NCBI GenBank assembly: GCA_021613535.1
Contig: CP075496.1
Span: forward strand, 7,688,001 to 7,752,000
Reading direction: 5' to 3'
Length of the DNA stretch: 64,000 nt
Origin: Adineta vaga
Lineage: Eukaryota; Animalia; Rotifera
Below the pieces are notes generated by a model that was given only the letters and a program-made list of their open reading frames with translations, ran no database searches and was not told the origin of the DNA. Every line of letters starts with the position of its first letter. Position 1 is the stretch's first letter. The position numbers and the translations under genes were made by a program. Shown in pieces: positions 1 through 13,800 of this stretch.

Positions 1-31
1 AGGATCGAAAAAAATATATATCTATAGAATT

Positions 32-3000
32 TTAATCATAAATCTGTTCAATATTCTCGCGATCATCGAATTGATTCAAATCCAATGTAAGACAATGACT
101 TGTAATGCAATCACCGGGCTAAAAATAGAAATAAAGACAAGGAAAAGCATTTTGGAATTCAATTGATGAGGTTTCAAAATGAATTAGTTTACTTCAGGAT
201 AAATGCCAACAAGTGCATCAGCACGTGAATAGAATTGTTCTTTTAATGAGATAACAATACATTGAAATTCAGATGCCGATTGTTCACGAATGAAATCAGC
301 TACTTTGCCGATGTTTGTATTATCGAGAGCAGCATCGACTTCGTCCAGTAAGAAGAATGGAGCTGGTTTAAAACTGCAATACAAGCATTATACATGAATT
401 CATATGACACTAAATTCGATTCATAGACTAACAAGACTTGTCTCTATCAAGCTGTTTGTATTATATGAACGAACCTTCGTAAAGCAAATAGTAAACATAT
501 AGCTGCAACTGTTTTTTCACCACCAGATAAATTTTCCATTGCTTGAAAACGTTTACCAGGTGCAACACAATTATATGTTATTCCACCACGATATGGTTCT
601 TCAGCATCTTCAGCAGTTAAACAAGCTACAGCAGCTTGTGAATTCGTTAATGATTTATAAATATCATCAATACATGCTGATACATGTTCATAAAGTGCAT
701 TAAATCGATCACAACGTTCTTTTTTAACTGTTTCAAAAGTTTGTCTTGCTAGTTTAGCTGCATTTCGTGCACGTTCAAATTCGGCATTTGTCAATTCAAA
801 TGTAGATTTTACTTCACGTGAACGTGCATCAATGACTGAAGTTTGTGGAAGATGTTTTTGAAGTTGAATTTCAATATCAGCCATTTGTTTAATTAGTAAT
901 TTTTCTTCTTTATCAATTTGATCATAATTTATTTTCTTTAAATCATCACGTAAACGTTTGAAATTTAAGTCAAATTTATCTTCTTTTTCATAGATTTGTT
1001 TTGTTTCAACTTGACTTGTTAATGTTCCATCGCCATTTGATAATGTCGAAGAATCCGTCGTTGTTGTTGATTGAGTCATTAACATTGTTGTGGAAGAATT
1101 ACTTTGAGTTTGAGTACTAACGACACTTGTATCGTCGGATGAAGACGTTTCGGCAAGAGAGATTTTAGCCATAGAACCAGCATTACCACGAAATGGCAAT
1201 GAAATTTCATTTAACTAAAAGAAAAAAAGTGAGTTGTATCTTTGTCATAATTGAGAAGTTTAGTTTTAACGAAAGAGAAGATTTAAGAAATGTTTAACTC
1301 TATACCTTCGCTGTTCGGTAAAAATTATGTCGATCCAAACGTAATTTATCAATATCACTTTCGATAAGTTGTAATCGTTTTCGTTGTTCATTAAAATCTT
1401 TATTTAATTGTGTAGCACGTTTACTATAATCATTTAATTCACGTTCTTGAAATTCAATTTTCTGCTTATGATCCAATAATCGATCCTTAATATCACCAAT
1501 TTCTTGTTGAAGATCTTCAATAATCTAAATAAATATCGAATATAACTTTCCGAATTACTTTGAAAATAAATTCTATCTTCTGTACTTTGCGATATTTTTT
1601 TTCATTTTTTTGACATTTTTGTAAAGCATCTTCTAATGTCGTAACTTCATTTTGAATTTCTTCTACATGACCAGCAGTATCACGAGATCGTTCGAATTCA
1701 AGCATTGTTTGAATTTTTATTATTTGATTTTCAAATTCTAAACGTTCTTGTGCTCGTTTTTCAGCTGCTTGTAATTCACGATCTTCGTAAACACTAAAAA
1801 AACATCGAATATTTGAAACAAAACTTAAAAAACAAACTAATGAGTTAATCTACCGAATATTGGAAACATGAATTTGTTTACAAAATTCAGTGAATACTAC
1901 ATCTTCGATTTTATTTTTTTCGATACGTAATTTTGATATACGTTTTTCTCGTTCGTCGATCGATGCTTGTAGAACATTAATTCTCGGCTAAATATATAAG
2001 AAATAGAAGATGAATAGTAATACTATTTTGTAATCAACCTACTTCAAATTCTTGAAGTTTTACTTGTAAATCAACAAGATCTTTTTCGATTAATATTCTT
2101 TGTTTTTTCTCAGCTGCATCTTTATCGGTTTTCGAATAACGTAAACGACTTTCTAACTGTTGAAATTGTGCTCTAAAATATAAAGATGAACGAACATGAG
2201 TATTACTTAAATGTTCAAGTGATTTATTTTCTGACCGTGAATTGATTAATTCTGCTTCACGTCGTTTTTTCTTCTGTTGTTCTTTATATTCATCGAATAA
2301 TTTGTCTTTACGTGATCGTAAAGCATCGAGATGTTTCTCATCCCAACGTTTAGCACGTGATTTTAATTCACTGAAAACCAATCAACATAGATATATTAAT
2401 AAAAACTATATATTGATTTTTGCAAACCTTGATCCACCAGAAATAACTCCAGATTTACTAAATAATGTTCCATTTATTGAAACAACTTTATTCTTTTGAC
2501 TTCCATGTTCATAAGCAAGCCGTCGAGCATCGTCATCATTATCACAAACAAGTGCATTACCACATGCATAAAGTACTGCTTTATAATATTGTTTATCATA
2601 CTTGATAACATCAAGTACAAGTTTGACATTTTTTGGTTCCTGTAATTCTCTAAATAAATCAAAGAAATAAATGAAACGCTGAGTTTTTGTTTTCATTTAT
2701 TTTCGAAATGATTTACGTACCGAAGTTGTCCATTTACTGGTGTTACTTTGATATAATCAAGTGGTAAGAATGTTTCGGGTTCATATCGATGTTCTTTCAT
2801 ATAACGTAAACATGATTGAACAGTTGTTTCACGTTCAACAATAATAGCATCCATGTTACGGCCAAGAACTTTCGTAATTGCCATTTGAAAACGTTTATGA
2901 GTTGGTTCACATAGATCAATCAATCGACCATACTAGAATGATATGGATTATCGATTTAAATCAATTAATTTCGTAGTATGTTGTATTATTTAAAATAAAC

Positions 3001-5115
3001 GATATTTGATATGTTTTATCTCACTCATAAGAAAAAGCGACAGATTTAGGTTTCTTTAAATAAAAACTATTTATTACATACCACGCCAGGAAATTGTTTG
3101 AGATTTTCAATAAGTTCAGCACGTCGTTGTGCACGACTTGTTTCATTTCGATCAGACTATGACAAAAGCATTCATTTCTACGAATAACTTTAACAAACAT
3201 TCATTTTCTTACTTTTGCTTCACCAATTTCTTTATTGACTTGATCGAGTTCCCCTTCAAGTTCCGTACAACGTCTTCGACCTTCGGTTACTTCTCGCTCC
3301 AATAAAAGAGCATTTGCTTGTTTATCTTTGAGTTCCTGTTCCAGATCACTATCAAAAACTAAATTTCTATCTTCAGTTCATTTTATGAGAGGATTTGTTT
3401 TACGCTATATAACCAGCCAATTTATCAATTTTGCTAGTTAATTCTTCAATACGCAGTTCTGTTTGTTTAATTCGTGCTAGATGATCTTTTCTACTACGTT
3501 GTTCTTGTTCAAGATTGGTTTTCTCTACTTGTTGCTCACGATCAATGGAATCATATTCTTCAGAAAATTGTATCATTTCTTTGGCTGCTTCTTCTTTCAA
3601 ACGTCGATATTCTTTCATCTAAGGAAGAAAATTGTAAGAATTAGATTAGAATGAATAATTTGTTACTTGATTTTCTTCAAGAGCTAAATTACGACCAGCA
3701 TTTTGTGATTCATCCTGTAATTTATCTTCGTATTCTTTACGTAAACGTTCAACTTCACGTAAATCTGATTCATATTTTTCGATTTCTTCATCATGAGCAG
3801 CATGTGTTTTTTCAGCAGCAAGTAGAGTTTTTCTAAACAATATGTTCAAACAATGATCCATTTTAATCATCATGTCTTTAACATGGTTGTCATACAAATT
3901 CTAATAAATATAGATTCACTTCTCTTACTTTGCAAGATCAAGTTTTTTTTGGTGATGAGCTGAATTTTCTTTTGCTTTGATATAGGTTGGACGATGCTTA
4001 TTAATTTGTGCTTCCTATACAAATGAAAATTAAAAAGATCTTTGTTGAATGATGTTCATTTACCAATTCTTTAATTTTCTGTTCATCAGCTGCCAGTTCT
4101 TTATTATAAATAGCTAATTCTTTTTTCTTTGCTTTTATTTCTTCATCAGATATTTCTTTTCGTTTTTCTAATTTGATCACTTCGTCCCGTTTTGTTTCGA
4201 CTATATCATGTTTTTCCGTTAATTCTTGTTTATTATGATACAATTGAAATAATTTCAATTGTAATTGTAATTCATCCTGAATGAGAGAAAAGAATCTTTA
4301 GTTCAATATTCTCTCTTCAAAATTATCTTACATATTGAGTTTTTAATGCTGCATATTTTTGTGCAACTTCTTTTTCTAATCGAACTTCTTTCTTTTGTTT
4401 TTCGACACCTTTCTTCTTTTGAAAATTAGCATGTGTATCTTGTTCAGCTTTGTTTTTCTCTAATTTTGCTTGTTCGTATTCTTCACGTAATTCACCACTA
4501 CGACTTATTTCTTCGAACATTGCCGTAAATTCCTTTGGTGTTTTCATAGCAATAGATTCCACTTGACCTTGGAAAATAAGGAAATTCTTTGCTTTTGGAT
4601 AAATACCTAAATTTTCAAGTTCTTCGGTGTATTCCGTAGCAGATAATTGATGACCATCGACACGATATTCAGAAGTATTACCAATAATTAAACGTTGAAA
4701 ACGTTTTTCTTCTTCACTACGATTACCATTTTCATCGGTTTTAATGCAAATAAAGGCTAATGAAACTGACGCACGATTACTAACTGGTTTATTGATGGGT
4801 GCACCATGAATTAATTCCTTATTGATATTAAAAAAGAATTACATTTTCAAAGCAATAATTGCATGAGAAAACTTACGGATAATTTTCGAACACGTAAGCT
4901 TTTAGTTGGTTCACCAAGTACAAAACTAATGGCATCCATAAGATTCGATTTACCTGAAAGATAAATATACACATATGTGATAAAAATATTAGTAAAATTC
5001 TACCTGATCCATTTGGTCCGATGATTGCAGTAAATTTTTGTAATGGACCGATGGCAATATGACCTTTGTACGATTTGAAATTATCGATTTCAACATATTT
5101 CAAAAAGTAACTCAT
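32..5115 (-). CDS. SMC1: Cohesin subunit SMC1 (multi-exon)
   Basis: N-terminal IDNFKSYKG...[21 protein letters not shown] (Walker A); hinge [14 protein letters not shown]...GRNMDAIIV; signature [16 protein letters not shown]; Walker [16 protein letters not shown]; last exon [28 protein letters not shown] ends at TAA 32-34. GT-AG introns link the ORF-track fragments. Confidence 0.97.
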
Positions 5116-6104
5116 GCTTATCGATAGACTGAAAGAAATAAGAAAATGAATATATAGTTTCGAACTTAAAAGTAACGATTACAATGAACAAAGACAAAAG
5201 AATACGTTTACGTAAAAACAAAGAATTACATAATAATTAAAAGTTTGTTAATTTGACAACAAACGATTATTGAAAGATTAAAAATGATTTTTTAGATGAT
5301 ATCTTTCGAAAGAAAGATACTTTTCGTCGAAAATTTGAATGAAAACCGTTAATGACATGTTCGATAGATCAATTTATTGTAGACTGTCGCCATCTAGCAT
5401 CTCTTGGGTTTTAGAAGTGTTATGTATTCATCTAATACATTTAATTTCTCGTAAGTGTTTTTACCTGGAATACAACACATTTTTAACGTAATAGGGTTTA
5501 CTTGATCAGAAGTTTTTCACCAATCTTTGTCGACAAGAAATGTACATCTGATCAAATAATATTAAGAGAAGAGATCACATTCTGCTGAACACCTGTATAG
5601 ATTCTAGAAAAAGTATGTTTGATGGTGAGAAATATGAGAGAAATGCTATCATACAATTATGTATGAACCGATTAGAAATGTCATGTACTAAATGAATTAC
5701 TATTTGATATTTAATGAATAAAAAGAAGTTTATAAATATACAGACGATTTCAAACACGATCTGATCATATTTATAATTCTATGGATTTTCTTGCAATGAG
5801 CCATTCCAGCATATTCAGTAATTGTTCAAGATAGCAATTGTTAAATTTGAGTTGAGTCGAACTGAGAGAAACACGTAAGTATCATCTTTGTTATTTTGTG
5901 AAAGAAAAGAAAGGTTTTTAATGAAATATCGATGTATTTCACTGTTGTTCTTCAAGATCAAAAGCAAACTTTTATCAATCTGACAACACAACGTTCATAG
6001 AAAGATCACAACAATAAGCGAAAGAAAAATAAATAACTTAGCTAAAAACAATTTATCACATATGAATTAACAAATTATAAATGAGAAAAAAAACATTTCT
6101 ATCA

Positions 6105-7444
6105 TCAACCACGTTGTGGTTGTGTTGAAGCTGGAATTTGATCAATAATCATATATTGTTTATAATAATCGTTGAATAATGTCACCATTGTATCATTAAA
6201 TAAAGCTTTTAATAATTTAGTAAATATTTTCCAATTTCCTTGCTGCAAAACCTCATCATGAACTAAATGCGCATCACCGTATTGATCAAAATTCGTTCTA
6301 TCCCATGCTCCAATGCCGAAAGCACGATCAAGTCGATCAATTCGACCCCGTTCACTTACATTAAAAGTCGGATGTCTTTCTCGATAATCAATCAATAACA
6401 TAGAACATAAGATCTGATCCATATACCAAGCTGCATCACCTTTATCCATACGTTGATCATAAACTTGTTGAAATTCGTGTCGAGCATATAAAGTTATGGT
6501 TTCGAATGAAAGAGGAGCATTTTCACTCAATAATTCTTGAGTAGGTTTGTCTACTTTAGAAAGAAGTTCGGCACGTTGTTTAGACTCCATTACCATAGCC
6601 CGCCAGATTTTCTTCTGTAAAAATATATGACCCACTAAAAATGACAGAAAAAAAATGTTTCATTCATATAAATTCACTAAAAACTCTAAAGAGTCATATA
6701 TTTTTTTCATGAATACTAAAGTAAAACAATACGACTTATTTGATTACAAAATTACTTGAAAATATTCTTCATTTTCGACTTACTTGGAAACATTCTATAA
6801 CTTTTTTGTTTTCGTTGAAATGACCCACAACAAAATGCATTAAATATGAATCCATCCGTACCAGCTGTTGGTTTATATTCACCAGCTTTTAATGGCATTA
6901 AATCACTATCACCAGTCAAAATATTATCTTCATCTTGAACAATACTATCAGGTAAAAATCCAGCAAAAACTCGTACTAATTGAGATATTTTGACAGCATA
7001 GGATTCATTGCATTGTACATCAACAATATGTGCTCCAATACGTTTTAAATAATTTCGCGATAGATTCAATCGATGATTCAATACATTTGGTTTTTTAAAA
7101 TCTCCAACGAAAAGTACAATAACTTCGTAACCAATACGTTGCCAACTAGCAGCAGTTATTGGAGTATAATATGTATATGCTTGTACAAATACATGAATTG
7201 AACAACCAAATATAGCGAAACGACGATTTTGTGATGGTGGAAGTAATGGTTTTTTAATCTGATTACGATTATCTGTGTGATTAATTGTCAAATCGAATCT
7301 TGAAGAATTCAGTCTATATGTAATCGGCATTAAACCATTGGTGACGAATGTATGTAAAAATGTCCAATTTAATGTTGTCCGTGAATAAAGAACAAATGAG
7401 ATAGAACAAAGTAAAAAACACAACAGAATAAACGTTGTTTTCAT
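6105..7444 (-). CDS. Type II membrane protein, putative GT-A fold glycosyltransferase-like (DxD), two coding exons
   Basis: Exons 7444-6784 and 6634-6105 join through a GT-AG intron (6635-6783) in phase 1 (MFP-M-GHIFL). N-terminal hydrophobic anchor FILLCFLLCSISFVLY; QLVRVFAG...ILTGDSDLMPL with a DxD-like motif. Function is inferred. Confidence 0.7.
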
Positions 7445-10400
7445 TCGACTTGATGTTACCTAGGAAAATAATGAAGAACAAATAATAATTTTATCATGTT
7501 ATTTTTCCGCAAAATTATCCCAAGAGAAAATTTTTCTATATTATATCTTATTTTATCATGAAACTAGCAAATTTCTTATGTCGTTTCTTTTTTTTCTTGC
7601 AATTACTTACAGATTGATTTGCTGAAACGATTGGATTAATCATCATTTAGATTATTCTTATTAATTTCTATGAAAGATACGTATTCTTGACGAAACTTAT
7701 GTTGACATGTATTTCATGATGAACCACAGACGCAGGTTGTTATTGTAGGAGAGTATGAGAATGTTTTACAAGGATGTTCTTTTAATGCAAGAAAAACAGA
7801 TGGAACAAGATTTTTTTAAAAGACAAAAATACATTCGTCAAAGAAGAACAACGAAAGGTCTGAAGGTCAACATACGTGCGCATTGAAATAGTCAAAGGTA
7901 AAAATGAAAAGAAACGAAGATGGGTTGGTTATATTATCTGTGTCAACGATTTATTCATATGTTTCACCCTTCATCAATTTTTCTCTTTTCTTTTTAAATA
8001 GTATTTTAAGTCTACGAAATTGCAACTAATTGCAGAACTCGAGTCAAACATTGTAATTTTCCTATTGAATATGAAATATTGAACGGATCAGACATGGAAT
8101 CACGTCATTTTGTTTTCGACTGATTCTCCATTGATTTTTTAGTGCCCTCCTATAGTAAGATGTCTCTTATGGATGTGATTAAATACCACTAACTGAAAAA
8201 GAAGAAAGAGAGGAGAGGAACGAAGAGAGAAAAATAATAAAAAGCATACTGATGAAAAGAAAATGAGAAGTGAAATCTTACCATACAAGACAGTATGGCA
8301 GTAGATGAGACATTAGTGAATAAAAGAAAGAGAGAGAGAAAAAACAAACGTTACATTGGAGAATCGACAAGTTTTATTTTCGATTAAACATCAACATCAA
8401 AGCAAGTTAACAAAACAAAAAGAGAGCAAACTGAGTTTTTCTTTCATCGTTATGACAACATCCTGTTGAAAAAGACGATGTACTTTTTTCTTTTTCTTTC
8501 TCTCTTTCTCGCTATTCAATGACATGCTACGTCTTACTGAGACTGTAATATAAACAAAATATTCGAATGAGAACGGCCAAGATTATGAAAATAACAGTAA
8601 TAAAGTTACGTTGATCGTTACGTGTAACTTATGACATTTATATACATCAGTATTATAATTTTTCGATAGATGATATTGACTGTTTGCTAGCATATTTGAT
8701 CCTAAACTAATAGAACACATCCATGAATGTATTTTTCACTTAATCATGTAAATATATGAAGGAAAGTAGCAGAAACCAACAAGCTCAATGAACATGATGT
8801 AAAAAAATGAATATTTCCATATCTAACTTCTTTTTTTTCTAACCTTCATTTTTTCTTATAAATTACAGTTAACATAAGCGGAACTGGAATTGACTCATCA
8901 GATATATATTATGAGTAATTATAAAAGCGTTATTTATACTTCAAAGAAAAAAAACAACATGAAATTAGAGTTTTGATCGCTGAAATTACATGCACTTTCA
9001 CTCTTCAACACAAAATGACTTGTTTAATTAGACTATATTAGAAACAATCGAACAACTACTTTTTACGTCTAGAACACGATGTCTTGTGACTCATTACAAC
9101 TAGATATACTGAGATATAAACTTATGTTCGACATTTGTAATTTAGATCATATGTATCACTCGTTGAAGGTTCTGCTTGAACAATTGAGATCTATGTTTCT
9201 GATATCCACGAACATCATTTTCTACTCAAACGGAAGAATGAATGGTGTTTTTTTTCATCTGTTCAATAATTTAAAAAAAGTCTTCTTTCTATTCATAATT
9301 GCTATGCATATTGAATAGATTCAATAATGTATCAAATAGTAGCCCAATATGACTTACATAATATATCGAGTTTCAACTTGAAGTATTTGTAAGAAGAAAA
9401 AAAAGAATTATTTATCTTGATAGCATCAATATTTTATTTGGATTATCGCAAAAATGTTCTATTTTCACTTTTAATATATTGATAAATTATATAAATAAGA
9501 AATACTAACATAAAAATAAGAATTTATATTCAGTACTATTCAAAATCTTACACATGAGTAAGTCAAATCGATCATTTTCGACTCATTCTATGCCATGAAA
9601 CTTAAAGAACACTCGAAGGGACATATATTCTAGCTCGTTTGTTAAAATTCAAAAAGCATTTCACCGTATCAAAGCTCTTTCGTTCTTATTACAAAAAAGA
9701 AAGAAAGAAAGGAAGATACGTCCGATCATTGAAACATTACTTTCGATACTTATTCCATGTCTACAGTTACTATAGTGATTAATCAATCAAATTCATACAA
9801 AAATTGCATTGAGAACACATGAATATTTCTTCATATTATTTTGATTTAGATTAAGAAGAATACTACGATCATATGCTCATGATTTAATAAAGATTAAACT
9901 CAATAAGAGTAACATTTCATAAGACAAGTAGAAGTAGATATTATATTACAATCAAATAAATTAGAAGACTATTACTATCATCTATATTCAATTACATACA
10001 TTTGTGTTCTATAATTACAATAAGGAAGATTGAGAAATAAAAAACGTTTTTTTCTTCTGTAATCATTTTCATAACATACCAATTGAAGACACTCACCTTT
10101 AAAACTTGAAAGTTCTAAATTAGCTTTCGATTTCATTGTAAAAACACGTACACAAGCTCAAATAACTCATGAACAAGTGTCGTTAAAATTTAGTGATTAG
10201 TTGAATAATAATAATCGTATTCTTTTCAAAAACACTTCATTCGACATATATGATTAACTACTTAGATTACTTCTCAAGTGAATTATCTGCTCTATTCATG
10301 AATATCAAGAAAGAAATATGAAAATAGAATGCATCAAGCGATAATTATTTGATCTTATAGAAGAATATAGATTTGAAAACTCTCATTTCCTGTCTAGTTT

Positions 10401-10820
10401 TTTTTGTTTAGTCAAACTTTCGTCAATGAATACTTCTCTACTATGATCAACACTTTCGGGTGGTTTGAAGAATCAATTTGCATTCGAAAGGCATGTCTTT
10501 AAATAGCTTCACTAACGTCTATAATAAAGAGATTTTACGATCTAATGATTCCTTTTTTTTAATACAATATATGCTGATGTAGATGATAATATGCACTTGA
10601 CAGTAGAGAAAAAGATGAATAGAAGACGAAGAAGATTTTTTTATTTGTAGATTTCATCAATGAAGTTCGCCATCGTGAATAGCAACACTAATTGATCAAT
10701 GACAATCGAAGGAAGAAAATTCTGTTTTCTCTATCATGTAAAGATTCCTATTTCATCTACGATGATAAGTTTCCTCCATGCTTTCATAATTTAATTGGCG
10801 CCTCTCTTGAAATATTCACG

Positions 10821-13800
10821 ATGAAACTATGTCTTTTATGGTTATGTATTCGATTAATTGAAGCAATTCATTCGATGACTCCATCAGATCTAACATGCAA
10901 AAGACGTGTGTCTACTTATCAATCACAAATATTGTCTTTAATAAACTTTTCTTTTAGGTAGCTATCGATTAATTATCGATCGATCAGAATATATCGTTGC
11001 GTCAAATAATCCTGTAGTAGTAAGACAATATATATATATATATATATAGATGAATTTGTATACGATTCGAAATGATATTTTCCTATAGACAATTCATGCT
11101 GCTATTGGTCTCGATGAAAAACATATCTCCCCTCTATTAACAGATTTATGGCATCGAGAAATTAATCAACAACTTTTAGTTTTAGAATTAACCTCATACG
11201 GTTTAAAACTACATGGTGATTTCGATAAAAACTCTAATTCTTGGATTCTAAATTTGTCTTCTGCTCATGATAAGTTAGGTATTTAGTTACCTAACGTGTC
11301 TATTTCTATAAACAAGAATATTTGTAGATTCAGAATCAATTTTGACGATTGAATCAACGTCATTGAGTAAAAAAATCAATCTTCTTCGAAGAAGTAATCG
11401 TCTCATTTGTATTTAACTAAAATTAACGATTTCTTTTTTAAATTCAAAGCAAACCAAGCCAATTTCTGTTCTTATCCAAAATCATCAAAAGATATTGCTC
11501 TATGTTGTCATTTATGCATGACAATAACAACTTGTTCAGAGATAAGTATTTTACATGAACATTCAACAAACGATATAATCGTAACAGATCATGGATTACT
11601 AATATCGCATTCAATCAGAGAATCAGATAAAGATTTCACTTGTTTACTTTTTCCATCGGTTTGTTTCACAAAGATACTTTAAAAGTAATAAAACTAGCTT
11701 TCCATTTCCTTTGTAGAATCAAACAAATCGATTTTGGTCAACTGTAACAGATACGATGAATATTGGTCAAAAACCAGATCGTATCAATTCAAATAAATAT
11801 TTCTTATTTTGTTCTTGCTTCTTTTTCTCGGTAGGAAATGATCTAATGATTATTCAACATACATATGGTATGATTCAGAACTACTTCTATTATTCACTAT
11901 ATCCATATCATCAATGGAAGAAACAAACAACTAAGTTTCATTTTCTTGATGTTTTATTTATACCCTATAGGCAATTAACAATTTTTGAATTAGTAAAATA
12001 TCTGAATGTATGATTGATCTTCTACAATGTTCTTCGTTTTCTAGAATCAATGCAATCAAACCTTATGTCAACTTTTATTACGAATATATGGATATAAAGT
12101 GGATAAAACTATAGAATTTAGTCAAAAATTGTATTATTCTGAAATGATTATTGAAAAAGATGTTAGTTCAGATGTATATTTTCGACTTTATTTTCATATG
12201 TTATCAAATATTCTTTATCTAATTGGACAACAAACTGTAAACTAAGCATTTGAGATTCGTCTAATTCAAATGAGAACTCCACATATGTATTGTTTAGATT
12301 TATACATCAGATAGTTTTGGTACAAAATTAATTCGTATATGGACAGGAGATATACCATCGACAGAATCTATTATTCTCAATCCAATTATATTCTCTGATA
12401 CTGGTCATATCGCTTTCATCTATCAATTAAACAAGACTTTGTCTTGTTGTTATTATTTTGCTATTTTTTCAAAAACAGGCAATCTATCGACTATGATTTA
12501 AACGATTTTCAATCTAACTTTATGCTCTGTTTGTCTCAGGTTCAAACTATGGATGGCGTACTCAAACATTTCGATCATCTATTCAAATGGACAAGCCATT
12601 TTTCTTCGATTTTAGTGGTAGTCTATACTTTAATGCATCTCCACCTCTATTGATTATTCAAGTAAATGAACAGTCACTTGTTGCATCATCGCATGTAATT
12701 ATTAACTTTGTACACTGATTTAAAATGTCATTGTTAAATATATATTTTATAGATTTTAAAAAATCCAATTTCAGGTCTTTTTTTTATTCGACAAACGGAT
12801 ATGAATCAATTGTTTGTTTTCTGCCTTTTATCATCATCGAATGAGTCATTGGAACTAATCGGTTCGACACTTCAATTTGAGTAAATACTTCTTAGTTATG
12901 ATTTATAAGTCAATTCTTCGATTACACTTCTATTTCTTTATTAGAAAACTTGGCTTATTCTTTATCACTAATATGAATACATCCTCATCTTCGGAATTTC
13001 GTTTTTGTATACAAACTTCCCGTTTAACTTCCGAACCACTTTTAACGTTACAAAAATGTCAACTAACACTTCATTCTTCATCTATTCCCCGAAAAATTCA
13101 TTTACAACTATCAGATTGTTCTTTCAAGAAAGAAGATGAGAATTCAACAATAATTACATCGAAATTTCCGTCGATTCTTGTCGAAACCATCATCAATACT
13201 ACGTTTGCACATGGAAGAATCTTTGAAGAAATGTCATCTTATGATCTACACGTTGATCAATGGAATATGATTCATATACAAGTTTGTTAAACATCCCTAT
13301 TGAGTACAAAACTATCTCTATATATACAAGAAATATAGTTAAAAGCAACAGATACTATTCCGAGATGATACTTCATTCGTTTTCAAATATCAGAATAGTT
13401 TACAATCATCTATAGGTAATAATCGAAAATTTTAGAAAGTCGAACAAATATTAGATCGATGCTTATTACAAAATATGAATCAAAATGTTCATCGTTCATC
13501 ACTGATTCGTATTCCACCTGGATTAATCTATCCACTATTTCCTAATGATCAATTTGGTTTGTAAAAATTTAATATTTTTAAAGAAAACACGATTATATAA
13601 CTTCTAGTTCTTTTTAGTAACCAAAAACTTTCATTTTCTCGTTGATGATAATGGTTATCTATTTCATAAAGATGCAATTTCTAATATTCAATATTTAATT
13701 GCTTCATTATTTAACAATGTAAATTATCAATTTAAGAATAAATTACAAATGAGAAATTTCTTTCTTCTTTCTTCTGAATAGAGAAAATCAATAATTCAAC

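Noticed and set aside
2172-2236. Apparent ~21-aa insertion in SMC1 ([20 protein letters not shown])
   Set aside because: It is a stop-free, frame-preserving GT-AG intron that the ORF track reads through.
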